A DNA stretch of 64,000 nt from the human T2T-CHM13v2.0 reference genome, Homo sapiens. The position numbers and the translations under genes were made by a program. Of the stretch, positions 37,896-58,522 are shown one piece after another (the first letter of the stretch is position 1; each line of letters starts with the position of its first letter). The notes below the pieces were generated by a model. It was not told the origin of the DNA and did no database searches. It worked only from the letters and a program-made list of their open reading frames with translations. The DNA lies in the NCBI GenBank assembly GCA_009914755.4, contig CP086569.2, positions 20,192,001 to 20,256,000 of the forward strand. The letters are read 5' to 3'.

Positions 37896-38409
37896 AAATG
37901 GTTAATTTTCTCTGAAACTTAGAGACAGTAACATTTTTGTGCATTGGTAGGACTACAACGTCTTCTCCTTAGGCAGAGCCTCTTTGTAGAAATTTTGGTA
38001 ACTCCAGGAAGCAGTTTATAGACCTAACTCTAATGTTTTCAAAAAATAACACTTGAGGGGAGGGGTGGCCACAGTCTCTGGTATAGTGGACTTAATATTT
38101 TTTACCTGCTAACTCTGAAGTGTCTGGGCCATCAGACAAGATGGATTACCCGCAATGCAGCACATTTGATTTCACTAAGAGCAGCCAGAATTCTTCCTTA
38201 AGCAAGTCTCTAATTCCATGCCTCCTGACTGGTTAAGTCATTTGAAAAGGGGTCTCCAGACACATTATACAAGAGAGTTTCAGCTGGAATCAGTTCAGTG
38301 TCCTTCTGAAACAAACTTCCAGAGGAACAAGCAACTTCATCAAAGTCTCAGAATACAAAATAGATATGTGGACAAGAAAAGCATTTCTGTACACCAAAAA
38401 CACACAAGC

Positions 38410-38650
38410 AAAGAGCCAAATTATGAATAAATTCTCATTTACAATTGCCGTAAAGAAAATAAAATACTTAAAAATACATCTAAAAAGGGAAGTGACAAAA
38501 TTCTTCAGTGAGAACTACAAACTATGAATAGAAAAAAAGTAAATATCATGAAAATGGCCATACTGCCAAAAGCAAGATGTAGATTTAATGCTATTTCTGT
38601 TAAACTACCATTGACATTCTTCAAAGAATTAGAAAGAAATATGGATTAAA
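38410..38650 (+). mobile_element. L1 ORF2 fragment (older subfamily)
   Basis: aaattctcatttacaattgccgtaaagaaaataaaatac...atgaaaatggccatactgccaaaagcaa...aatgctatttctgttaaactaccattgacattcttcaaagaattagaaa corresponds to ELPFTIA.KRIKYL...[29 protein letters not shown]. Confidence 0.7.
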
Positions 38651-38689
38651 AAGCTTTGGGGCTAAGTCATTCGGGTTTTCAAGATATAG

Positions 38690-44010
<5,321 letters not shown>

Positions 44011-45399
44011 GATCATTTGAAGAAATAGAAAGAATATACACATATCAATTATGAGAGTCACATAACAAAAATCTCAACCAGTCAACTTCATCATCCTGCC
44101 ATTTTAGCCTCTAGAAGTGAGTTTCTGATGTTTAAGTCATCCAGTAGGAATTCCTTTACTATGAAAATATGAATACACTTATACCATTATTTATAAGTGG
44201 TCTTGCTTTTTAAATGTACTATTGCATCTCTCTTTCTTAATAATAGCCACAGAAAAACACAGCTGATAAATAATGTTTAGGTGTATTTTTACAAGTCACA
44301 CAAACTTCTGATAATTTCTAAGATAATTATTGTCTACCTACCACTGATAGTCTTACAGCACTGATTTGTTTTACAGGGAACATAAATCTATACTCCCAAA
44401 ACACTATGACTTATTCAAACAGTAAAGAATGGAAAGTGTGAATGATCAACACAGTCTGTTGGAATAAAAAGACAAATGCTGTGATATAAAATAACACTGT
44501 TGGTGCCTACAGCAGAAAATGGTCCCAGGTGGTAATGCAACAGGTGGAGATACAGAACATGAGGATAGTAAACTAGAACAAGATAGGATTCAGATATTTT
44601 GGATGGTGGCAATTCTAAACTGGCTTCATGTCATGGAGACATATTTTACTATGGAGTAAAGTATTGTCCTACTTTGTACAGGTGGAAAACGCTTCCATTG
44701 TACTTAATATTGAGTAAATAGTTCAAGGAGGTAGGCAAAACTAACTTCAGTGTGGCTGCTGAGAAATTCAGAAAATACCATTATTCACAGGAATATATCT
44801 GTTTTTCATATTGTTAACATCAGCAGTAGCATTATATCTGAGGCCATAGTTATATGGACTTCATTGTTCATATTACTATTAGCATTTTAGTCACATCATT
44901 CAACCGGTTTCTAGAAAGTTCTAACCTTTCTCAAAAACTATTTCAATGTTCTTCTGAGCCCTCCATACTTTCTCAACTTCTGCCCATTATCCAGTTCCAA
45001 ACTGGCTTTCACATTTTCACCTGTCTTCAGAGCAATACACCCACTTCATTGGTAAAAATTTTCTGTATTAGCCTGTCCTCTCACTGTTGTAAAAAATGAC
45101 CTGAGCCAAAAAAAGAATATAAATAATTATCTTATTAGTATAATAATGCCTTCCACAGTTATTTCACCTTTAATTTTTAGAATCTGTAAATATGTTACCT
45201 TGCAGGGTAAAATATGCCTTGCAGATGTGATTATAGTTATGGCTTTCAGATGCAAAGGTGATTCAGATTTATCAAAGTGAAATCGATATAATCACAGAAA
45301 TAATTATGTTTTTTTTCTGCTGTCAAAAAATAACAATAACCAAAGCTTAGTGAGATATAACATGAGAGGACATTTATACTTCATTTGTTGTTTAAACAT

Positions 45400-46140
45400 A
45401 AAAATAGGCCCCAGTGTGTATTATTTTTCACCTTGTGTCCACATGATCTTATAGTTCAGTGTCCACTTAAGAGTGAGAAGTTGCAGTGTTTGGGTTTCTA
45501 TTTCTATGTTAGTTTGCCAAGAAGGATGGATTCCAGCTTCATTCATGTACCTGCAAAAAATATGATCTCATTCCTTTTTATAGCTGTGTAGTATTCAATG
45601 GTGTATATGTACCACATCTTCCTTATCCAGTCTATCATTGATGAGCATTTGGTTTGGTTTTATGTCTTTGCTATTGGGGATATTGCCGGAATAAACATAC
45701 GTAGACATGTATCTTTGTAATAGAATGATTTATATTACATTAAGCATATACCAAGTAATGAGCTTTCTTGTTCTAGATCCTTGAGGAATCCTCACATTGT
45801 CTTTCACAATCGTTGAACTAATTTACGTTCCCACCAACAGTGTAAAACCTTCCTGTTTTTCTACAGCATTGTCAACATCGTTTTTTCTTACCTTTTTACA
45901 ACTGCCATTTAGACTGGTATAAAATGGCATCTTACTGGTGACAGAATGGAGAGCATCAGGAAAAATAGCTAATGTGTGCCAGGCTTATTACCTAGCTGAT
46001 GGGTTGATGGGTGCAGTAAACCACCATGGCACATGTTTACCTATGTAACAAACCTGCACATTCTGCACGTGTGTCTGAAACTTAAAGTAAAATTTAAAAA
46101 AATATATTTATTTTTTTAAAAAAGAAAAATGGAAATAAAT
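45400..46140 (+). mobile_element. L1 3'-end insertion with inversion: 45400-45890 is an inverted ORF2 C-terminal piece on the - strand; 45900-46140 is a direct 3'UTR plus A-rich tail on the + strand
   Basis: ORF 45385..45591(+) FHLVST.SYSSVST-type antisense-ORF2 read; the reverse complement of 45400-45890 encodes the ORF2 C-terminus. 45940-46090, gctaatgtgtgccaggcttattacctagctgatgggttgatgggtgcagtaaaccaccatggcacatgtttacctatgtaacaaacctgcacattctgcacgtgtg, is L1 3'UTR. Confidence 0.75.
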
Positions 46141-47051
46141 GAATAAGGGATAAACAGGAGAAAATGTATATAGCAACATAATAATTAAGGGTGTGTTAAA
46201 TAGGGAGACATTGAAATATAATACATTAAATAAGAAAAAATAATTTGCATTGTTGACATAAAAGCAATCAATTATATAAAATTAACAGACTTTTTGAAGA
46301 AAGTATTTTCCTGTCTTCTGTCAAGGGCACATGAATCTTTTTTAAAAGTGACCATATTCTATATCACAAAATAAGTAGAACTCGAAGACATGCATGTATA
46401 GTTAAATAATTGCCTGTAAACCAATGTTTTTAAGAACAGACTATATAGTGTTTTAAATTGCTAATTTGTCTTTCTTTTGCAGTTTAGGCATCTTTACTTA
46501 ATTTTAATTGTATAATTGTTTAATCATGCAATACATAGGAATAAAATAAAACTTCCACAAAAAAGGGCCATAAGCCAAGAAATATAGCATGTCTGCAAGC
46601 TGTAAAGAGCAAGAAAACTCATTAACAAAAGAAAAAGCATAAACTGACAATACGATGAAATTTAGCTTAGACTTTTGATCTACAAAACTGTAAGATACAA
46701 TTTTATGTTGTTTAAGCCACTAAGTTTGTGGCAATTTGTTAGGGCAACAATTAAAAAAAAAATTATACCCGTTACTTTTTGAGTAAAAGGAGTTTCTGCA
46801 GTCAAATCTGTCTGCTGCTTCACTTTTTCAAAATGATTTTGGAACATGATTATTTTCTATGTAGAATCCTTATGTGACAGTATTTTTATTACTAGATAAG
46901 TAAATGAAAACTTTTTGCCCAATTATATTAAGTATATACACTTAAAGTTTGGCTAGGTCGATTTTGAGATAATAAAAAGTTGTTGTTCTAAATAACAGCC
47001 AACAAAGTCTTACAATTATACTGACAGAAGTTTGTTTTCAGCTGTGTTTTA

Positions 47052-47085
47052 ATATAATATTGATTTTGATTTTGATTTTGATTTT
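47052..47085. repeat. (GATTTT)n minisatellite-like repeat, 4-5 units
   Basis: tgattttgattttgattttgattttc. Confidence 0.7.
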
Positions 47086-47169
47086 CTTATTGCTTTATCC
47101 TATTTCTCAAAGCATCTCCCATTTGCTTTGTGGGCTTTTTTTTGTCTTAAACTGATAAGTTTGACTCCG

Positions 47170-47525
47170 TTTTGCCACCTAAGTCTCATGTCAAATTGTA
47201 ATCTCCAGTGTTAAAGGAGGGGCCTCCTGGGAGGTGTTCAAATCATGAAGGTGGATTTCCCTTTGGCTCTTCTTATAATAAAATTCTCATGACCCCTGTT
47301 TATTTAAAACCTCTTTCTTTACTCTCTCTCTCTCTCTCTGCCGGCCATGTAAAGAAATGCTTGCTTCCCTTTTACCTTGTGCAATGAGGGTAAGTGTCTT
47401 GAGGCCTTCTCAGAAAAAGAAGCTAGTACAACATGCAAAACCCTGAGCCAATTAAACCTCTTTTTAAAATAAATTACCCAGTTGCAGTGGTGTCTTTATA
47501 ACAGTGTGAGAATGGATTAATAATA
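47170..47525 (+). mobile_element. Solo MaLR LTR (MST/THE1-like) with an internal (TC)8
   Basis: ctaagtctcatgtcaaattgtaatctccagtgttaaaggaggggcctcctgggaggtg...catgaag... ...ctgccggccatgtaaagaaatgcttgcttccctttt...gagccaattaaacctctttttaaaataaattacccagttgcagtggtgtctttataacagtgtgagaatgg parallels the THE1/MST LTR consensus blocks (CCCAAATCTCATCTTGAATTGTAGCTCCCA...GGGAGG...CTGCCGCCATGTAAGACGTGCC...GTCCATTAAACCTCTTTTCTTTATAAATTACCCAGTCTCGGGTATGTCTTTATTAGCAGTGTGAAAACGG). Confidence 0.6.
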
Positions 47526-48544
47526 TATACCCATATCAACAAACAGTTTTGTTGACAAACTGAAAATTGAAATGCTTTTTATTTTTATAAATGGATCTTT
47601 ATTTTTCTCTCTATACAAAAATTCATTGAAAATATATTAAATACTTAAATGTAAAACCTAAAACTGTAACACTTTTACAAAATAACATTAAAAAAAAGCT
47701 TCATGATTTAGGAGTGCTAAATGAGGATTTGGAAGTAACCTCAAAGGCATGTGCAATAGAAACAAATAATCACATGAGATTTTGTTAGTTAAAAAAATTC
47801 AAAATAAATAAACAAAAGAAATAAATAATAGATTAAGGAGAGAATGCTCAGATTCCAAGAAAATATTTGTGAACCAACTCTAAGGTAAGGGAGAAATATT
47901 CAAGATATACAATAACTCAAACTACTCAAAAAGAAGAAATTTTTAAAAATATCAAAAACAGGCAAGAAACTTGAGCTATTTCCAAAAAAAAAAAAACATA
48001 TAAATAAGCCACAAATGTATTTTTAAACATTCAACATCTATAATTATTACAAATATACAAATGAAATTTATTAAATATTAACTCATACTTGTTGAAATTA
48101 TTGTTATAAAAAAGTTAAAGATAAGTGTTGGTGAAAATGTGAAGAAAAGGAAGTGTTAATGCACCGTTAGAGTTATTGTAAATTAGTAAATATATTACAA
48201 AAATGTAAAATACATAAAATTTGCTCAAAAAACTAAAATACATATTTTATATAATAGAGCAATGCTAACTTTCAGTATATATTCCAAGAAATTGAAATCA
48301 GTATGCCAAAGAGATATTTGTACTATCATGTTGATTGAAGCATTATTTACAATAGCTAAGATATAGAGACAATCTAATGTTTAACCACAGGTGAATAAAT
48401 TTTTAGAAATTTGGTGTATATAAAACCAATAGAATATTTTTTAGCCTCTTAAAAATAGAAACTTCTGTTATTCATGACTACCTAGATAAATCTGGAGAAA
48501 ATGCTAACTGAAACAAGACAAAAAGAGAGAAAAAGGCTGTAAAA

Positions 48545-51785
<3,241 letters not shown>

Positions 51786-52790
51786 GGTTTGCTTGCTTTT
51801 TGACAGACTTTTTTGTTCTTTGTTTGTTGCTTTAAGTTTTTTATAAGCTGTGGATTTGAGATTTTTGCCAAACATATAGTTTATGAACAATTTGTCCTAT
51901 TTTATAGGTGGTCTATTTATTCTACACTTAAAGAAAACCCCAGTTGTCAAAGTTTGCTTTTGTTGTAATTGCCTTCAGAGTCTTTCTTATTTAATCTTTG
52001 CCTATGCAAATGTCAATAATGGTATTTTCTAGGTATTCTGTTGTGATATCTTGAGTCTTTTATTGTAACATACATTTTACTTTTTTTAAATTTTAGTAGT
52101 TTTGGGGGAACAGGTGGTGTTTGATCATATGAATAATTTACTTAGTGGTGCTTTCTGAGATTGTAGTGTACCCAAGCAGTGTAACTATGTCCAATATGTA
52201 ATCTTTTATTTCTTACCTCCCTCTCATACTTCCCCAAAGTCTCAAAAGTCCATTTTATGAATTCTTATTCCTTTGCGTCCTCATAGTTTAGCTCCCATTA
52301 TAAGTGAGAACATACAATGTTTGGTTTCCATTTCTGAGTTGCTTCACTTAGAATAATGGCCTCCTAAACCACTGAGATTCCTGTGAGTGACATTGTTTCA
52401 TTTCTTATTATTAATAAGTAATAATTTATGGTATTTATATATACCACATTTTCCTTATCCACTCCTTGATTGATGGTCATTTGGGCTGTTTAATTTTAGT
52501 TTTATTTTAATAGTTTTTTTTGGGGGGGGAAACAGGTGGCATTTGCTTACAAGAATAAGTTCTTTAGTAATGAATTATAAGATATATTAGTTCACCCAAG
52601 TAGTATACGTTGTACCTAAGGTGTAGTTTTTATATTTCTGTCTCCATCCACTTTTTACTTTCTGTGTCTCTAAATTTCATTATATTACTCTGCAAACCTT
52701 ATGTACTTATAGGTTAGCTCCCACTTAAAAATGAGAACATACGCTCTTTGATTATTTACTCCTGTCTCATTTCTTTTTTCTTTTTTTTAA
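51786..52790 (-). mobile_element. Older L1 3'-end-like fragments, including two diverged tandem copies (about 52090-52390 and 52500-52790)
   Basis: Both copies read ...agt(a/t)gtttt(g/t)gggg(g)aacaggtgg..tttg...ataa.t.(a/c)tt.agt...cccaag.agt.ta...gttagctcccac/ttataagtgagaacat.c..t.ttt, the characteristic L1 3'UTR or ORF2-end motif ccacttatgagtgagaacat. Confidence 0.4.
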
Positions 52791-53737
52791 TTATACTTTA
52801 AGTTTTAGGGTATATCTGCACAAAGTGCAGGTTTGTTATATGTGTATACATGTGCCATGTTGCTGTGCTGCCTCCATTAACTTGTTATTTAACATTAGGT
52901 ATATCTCCTAATGCTATCCCTTTCCCCTCCCCCCACCACACAACAGCCCTCAGTGTGTGATGTTCCTCTTCCTGTGTCCATGTGTTCTCATTGTTCAATT
53001 CCCAACTACGAATGAGAACAAGTGGTGTTTGGTTTTTTGTCCTTGGGATAGTGTGCTGAGAATGATCGTTTCCAGATTTGTCCATGTCCCTACAAACGAC
53101 ATGAACTCATTATTTTTATGGCTGCATAGTATTCCATGGTGTATATGTGCCATATTTTCTTAATACAGTCTACCATTGTTGGGCATTTGGGTTGGTTCCA
53201 AGTCTTTGCTATTGTGAATAGTGCTGCAATAAACATAGGTATGCATGTGTCTTTATAGCAGCATAATTTATAATCCCTTCGGTATATAAACAGTAATGGG
53301 ATGGCTGAGTCAAATGGTATTTCTAACTCCAGATCCCTGAGAAATCACCACACTGACTTCCACAATGGTTGAACTAGTTTATAGTCCCAAAAACAGTGTA
53401 AAAGTGTTCCTATTTCTCCACATCCTCTCCAGCACCTCTTGTTTCCTGACTTTTTAATGATTGCCATTCTAACTGGTGTGAGATGGTATCTCGTTGTTTT
53501 GATTTGCATTCCTCTGATGGCCAGTGATGATGAGCATTTTTTCATGTGTCTGTTGGTTGCATAAATGTTTTCTTTTGAGAAGTGTCTGTTCATATCCTTC
53601 TCCCACTTTTTGTTGGGATTGTTTGCTTTTTCTTGTAAATTTGTTTGAGTTCATTGTAGATTCTGGATGATCTTTGGCAGATGAGTAGGTTGTGAAAATT
53701 TTCTCCCATTTTGTAGGTTGCTTGTTCACTCTGATGT

Positions 53738-53775
<38 letters not shown>

Positions 53776-54830
53776 GCTGTGCAGAAGCTCTTTAGTTTAG
53801 AACCCATTTGTCAATTTTGGCTTTTGTTGCCATTGCTTTTTGTGTTTCAGACATGAAGTCCTTGCCCATGCCTATGTCCTGAATGGTATTGCCTAAGTTT
53901 TCTTCTAGGGTTTTTATGGTTTTAGGTCTAACATGTAAGTCTTTAATCCATTGTGAATTAATTTTTGTATAAGTTTTAAGGAAGGGATCCAGTTTCAGCT
54001 TTCTATATATGGCTAGCCAGTTTTCCCAGCACCATTTATTAAATAGGGAATCATTTCCCCATTTCTTGTTTTTTTCAGGTTTGTCAAAGTTCAGATGGTT
54101 GTAGATATATGGCATTATTTCTGAGGGCTCTGTTCTGTTCCATTGGTCTATATCTCTGGTTTGGTACCAGTACCATGTTGTTTTGGTTACTGTAGCCTTG
54201 TAGTATAGTTTGAAGTCAGGTAGTATGATGTCTCCAGCTTTGTTGTTTTGGCTTAGGATTGACTTGGCAATGCGGGCTCTTTTTTGGTTCCAAATGAACT
54301 TTAAAGTAGTTTTCTCCAATTCTATGAAGAAAGTCATTGGTAGCTTGATGGGGATGGCATTGAATCTATATATTACCTTGGGCAGTATGGCCATTTTCAC
54401 GATATTGATTCTTCCTACCTATGAACCTGGAACGTTCTTCCATTTGTTTGTATCCTCTTTTATTTCATTGAGAAGTGATTTGTAGTTTTCCTTGAAGAGG
54501 TCCTTCACATCCCTTGTAAGTTGGATTCCTAGGTATTTTATTCTCTTTGAAACAATTGTGAATGGGAGTTCACTCATGATTTGGCTCTCTGTTTGTCTGT
54601 TATTGGTGTATAAGAATGCATGTGATTTTTGCATATTGACTTTACATCCTGAGACTTTGCTGAAGTTGCTTATCAGCTTAAGGAGATTTTGGGCTGAGAC
54701 AATGGGGTTTTCTAGATATACGATTATGTCATCAGAAAACAGGGATAATTTGACTTCCTCTTTTCCTAATTGAATACCCTTTATTTCCTTCTCCTGCCTA
54801 ATTACCCTGGCCAGAACTTCCAATGTCTCA
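52790..54830 (-). mobile_element. L1 (L1PA-like), - strand, 5'-truncated at ORF2 about aa 655; contains a 42-nt poly-T run at about 53737-53778
   Basis: ORFs 52885..53085(-), 53345..53593(-), 53792..54400(-) ([25 protein letters not shown]...[52 protein letters not shown]) and 54419..54823(-) ([90 protein letters not shown]); poly-A about 52775-52800. Confidence 0.85.
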
Positions 54831-55429
54831 TTTTACTTAAAATGATGGCATTCATCTCAATTCAAGTTGCTGCTAAAGGCATTATTTTGTTTCTTTATAT
54901 GTCTGAGTAGTAATCTTTGGTGTATATGTACCAGATTTTCTTTATCCACTTATTAGTCTATTGATGGTATATAGGTTGATTTCAGATATTTGCAACTGTG
55001 AGTGGTGCTGCTATAAACATACATATGCAAGAAACATACATATGCCAGGGTCTTTTTTATATAATGACCTTTTTCTTTGGGTAAATACCCAGTAGTGATA
55101 TTACTGAATCAAACTGTAGATCTACTGTTAGTTATTTAAGAAATTTCAACACTGTTTTTCATAGTGGTTTTGCTAGTTAAGATACCCACCAGCAGTGTAA
55201 AAGTTTTCCCATATCACCACTTCCATGCCAACATCTATTATTTCTTGAGTTTTAAAATTATGAACATTTTCACAGAAATAAGGTTGTATCATATTATTGT
55301 TTTAATTTGTTTTTCCTTGACAATTAGTAATGTTGAGCAATTTTTGTATGCTTGTTGACCATTGGTATATATTCTTTTGAAATTTTCTATTCATGTTCTT
55401 TGTCAGCTTTTTAATGGGACTATTTGTTT

Positions 55430-55752
55430 TTTCTTTTTTTTTTTTTTTTGTTTTTTTGTTTCTTTTGAGAGAGAGTCTAACTCTCTATCAGACTGACTGG
55501 AGTGCAGTGGTGCGATCTTGGCTCCCTGAAACCTCCACCTCCCTGGTTCATGTCATTCTCCTTCCTCAGCCTCCCAGTTAGCTGAGACTACAGTAGGTGC
55601 CAGCCACGCTGCCTGGCTAATTTTTTGTATTCTTAGTAGGGACGAGGTTTCACTGTGTTTGCCAGGATGGTCTCAATCTCCTGACCTCGTGATACACCAG
55701 CCTCAGCCTCCCAAAGTGCTGGGATTACAGGCATGAGCCACCATGCCCGGCC
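55430..55752 (-). mobile_element. Alu (AluS-like) inserted in the older L1
   Basis: Poly-T then gagagagagtctaactctctatcagactgactggagtgcagtggtgcgatcttggctccctgaaacctccacctccctgg...ctcccaaagtgctgggattacaggcatgagccaccatgcccggcc. Confidence 0.9.
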
Positions 55753-58234
55753 TTGTTTTATTCTTGATGACTTATTTGGGTTACTGTTAGATTCTCAATA
55801 TTAGTTCTTTGTTGAATGCATAGTTTGCAAAAATTTTCTTCCATTCTGTGGATTGTCTGTTCACTTTGCTTATTATTTCTTTACCTGTACAGAAGCTTTT
55901 CAGTTTAAGTTTCCTCTGTTATATTTGATTTTATTGCCTTTTCTTTTGGGTTTTTGGTCATGAACTCTTTGCCGAAGCCAATGTCTAGAATAGATTTTAC
56001 CATGTTATCTTCTAGAATTTTCATGATTTCCAGCCATAGATTTAAGTCTTTGATCCATCTTGAGTCTATTTTTGCATAAAGTGAGAGATGAAGATCCAGA
56101 TTTACTTTTTTTACATTTGGCTTGCCAATTATTTAAGCACCATTGGTTAAATAAAGTTTCCCTTTTTCCTTTTATGTTTTTGTTTGCTTTGTCAAAAATC
56201 AGTTGGTTGTATGTATTTGTCTTGATTTCTGGGTTCTGTGTTTTCTTTCACTGGTTTATATTCCTGTTTTAATAAGAGTACCATGCTGTTTTGGTGTCTA
56301 TAGTGCTGTAGTATAGTTTGAAATCAGGTAATGTGATTCCTCCCCATATGTTCTTTTTTATTAGTCTTGCTTTATTTATGAAGGCTCATTTTGAATTTTA
56401 TGAGAGTTTTAGCATTGATTTTTGTCTTGTTCTGTGAAGAGTGATGATGGTATTTTGATGGAAATTGCATTGAATTTGTGGAATGCTTTTGGCAATATTA
56501 TCAGTTTCACAATATTAATTCTACTTAACAATGAGTATGGGTTGTGTTTTCATTTGTTTCATCATTGATGATCTTTCAGGAATACTTTGTTGTTTTCCTT
56601 CCAGAGGACTTTCACCTCCTTGGTTAGGTATATTCAGGAATTGTATTTTTTTTTTTTTTTTTTTGGCAGCTATTGTAAAAGGAGTTGAGATTTTGATTTG
56701 ATTCTCAGCTTTGTTGTTTTTACTGTGTAGCAGTTCTACTGATTTGTGTACTTTGATATTATGTCATGAGACATTACCAAATTTGTATATCAGAAGTAGG
56801 AGTTTTTTAGATGAGCCTTTAGTGTTTTCTAGGTATATGATTATATCATCAATGAACAGCAATAGTTTGAGTTTTTCTTTTTTAATTAGGATGCCCTTTA
56901 TATATATTTTTTTCTTTTGGTCTGATTGCTCTGACTAGGACTTCTAGTACTATGCTGAATAGAAGGAATAAAACTGGACATTTCTGCCTTTGTCTTATTC
57001 CAGTTGTCAGGGATACAGCTTTAAACTTTTCTTCATTCAGTAAACTGTTGTCAGAGGATTTTTCATAATTTTTTTAAGTTACCTTAGAGTATGTCCCTTG
57101 TATGCCAATTTTCCTAATGGTTTTAATAATAAAGCATGCTGGATTCTGTCAAATGATTTTTCTGCATCTATTGAGGCAATAATGTAATTTTTGTTTTAAA
57201 TTCTGCTTAGGTGGTGTATCACATTTGTTGACTTCTGTGTGTTAAACCATCTCTGCATCCCTGGTATAAAACCATTTTTTCAAGATGTAGTAGCATTTTG
57301 ATATGCTATAACATTTGGTGAGCAAGTGATTTTGTTGAGAATTTTTGCATCTATTTTTATCAAAGATACTGTCTGTAGCGTTTTTGTTATATTATACCTT
57401 TGTTTGGGTATTAGAGTAATAGTGGCTTCATAGAATGATTTAGGAAACATTTCCTTGTTCTTTACCTTTTATATTAGTTTCAGTAGAATTGGTCTTAATT
57501 CTTTCTTGAATGGCTGATTGATTTCGCCTGTGAATCCATCTGGTCTTGGACTTATTTTTTTGTTAGCAATTTTTATTTACCATTTTAGTTTCACTTCCTG
57601 TTATTGATCTATTTAGAGTTTCTATTTCTTCCTTAGTTAATCTAGCAGGGTAATATATTTATGAGAATTTATACATCTCCTCTAGCTTTTCTAGTTTGTG
57701 CACTTAAGTGTTTACAGTAGCCTTGAATGATATGTTGAATTTCTGTGACATCAATTGTATGTCTCTCATTTTGTTTCCAATTGAACTTCTTTGGAATTTC
57801 TTTTTTCTTTACAGGGTTAATCTTGTTAATAATTTATTAATTTTGTTTATCTTTAAAAAACAGCCTCGTGTTTTATTTATCCCTTGTATTATATTGTTTT
57901 AATTTATTTTGTTTATGCTCTGATCTTTGCTATTATTTACTCTTTTGCTGGATTTAGATTTGATTTCTTTTTATTTCTCTAGTTTCTTAAGGTGTGACTA
58001 TAGATGGTTTATTTGTGCTTTTTCAAACTTCTTGATGTAGGCACTAAATGCTATATACCTTCCTCTTTGCACTCCCCTTTTTTTTTGTATCCAAGAGATT
58101 TTGATCACTTTTATCATAATTATTATTGAGTTTAATGAATTTTTAAATTTATCTCTTGATTTTATTGTTGACACAAAGATTACTCAGAAGCAGATTATTT
58201 AATTTCTATATCTTTGCATACCTTTGAGGGTTTT

Positions 58235-58522
58235 TTTTTTTTTAATGGAGTCTCACTCTATAGCCCAAGCTGTAGTTCAGTGGCATAATATAGGTTCACT
58301 GAAACCTCCAGCCCCCAGGCCCAAGTGATTCTTGTGCCTGAACTTCCTAAACAACTGGAACTACAGGCACACACCACCATGCCCGGCAATGTTTTTGAAT
58401 TTTAGTGGAGACAGGGTTTCACCGTGTTGCCCAGGGTGCTCTCAAACTCCTGAGCTCAGGTGATCCACCCACCTCAGCCTCCCAAAATACTGGAATTATA
58501 GGTGTGAGCCGCTGTGCCCAGC
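58235..58522 (-). mobile_element. Alu (AluS/J-like) inserted in the older L1
   Basis: tttaatggagtctcactctatagcccaagctgtagttcagtggcataatataggttcactgaaacctccagcccccagg...ctcccaaaatactggaattataggtgtgagccgctgtgcccagc. Confidence 0.9.

Noticed and set aside
53737-53778. 42-nt poly-T run considered as an Alu or L1 tail marking an additional insertion
   Set aside because: L1 ORF2 antisense sequence continues uninterrupted on both sides. No Alu body or target-site duplication is adjacent. It is most likely a homopolymer expansion within the L1.
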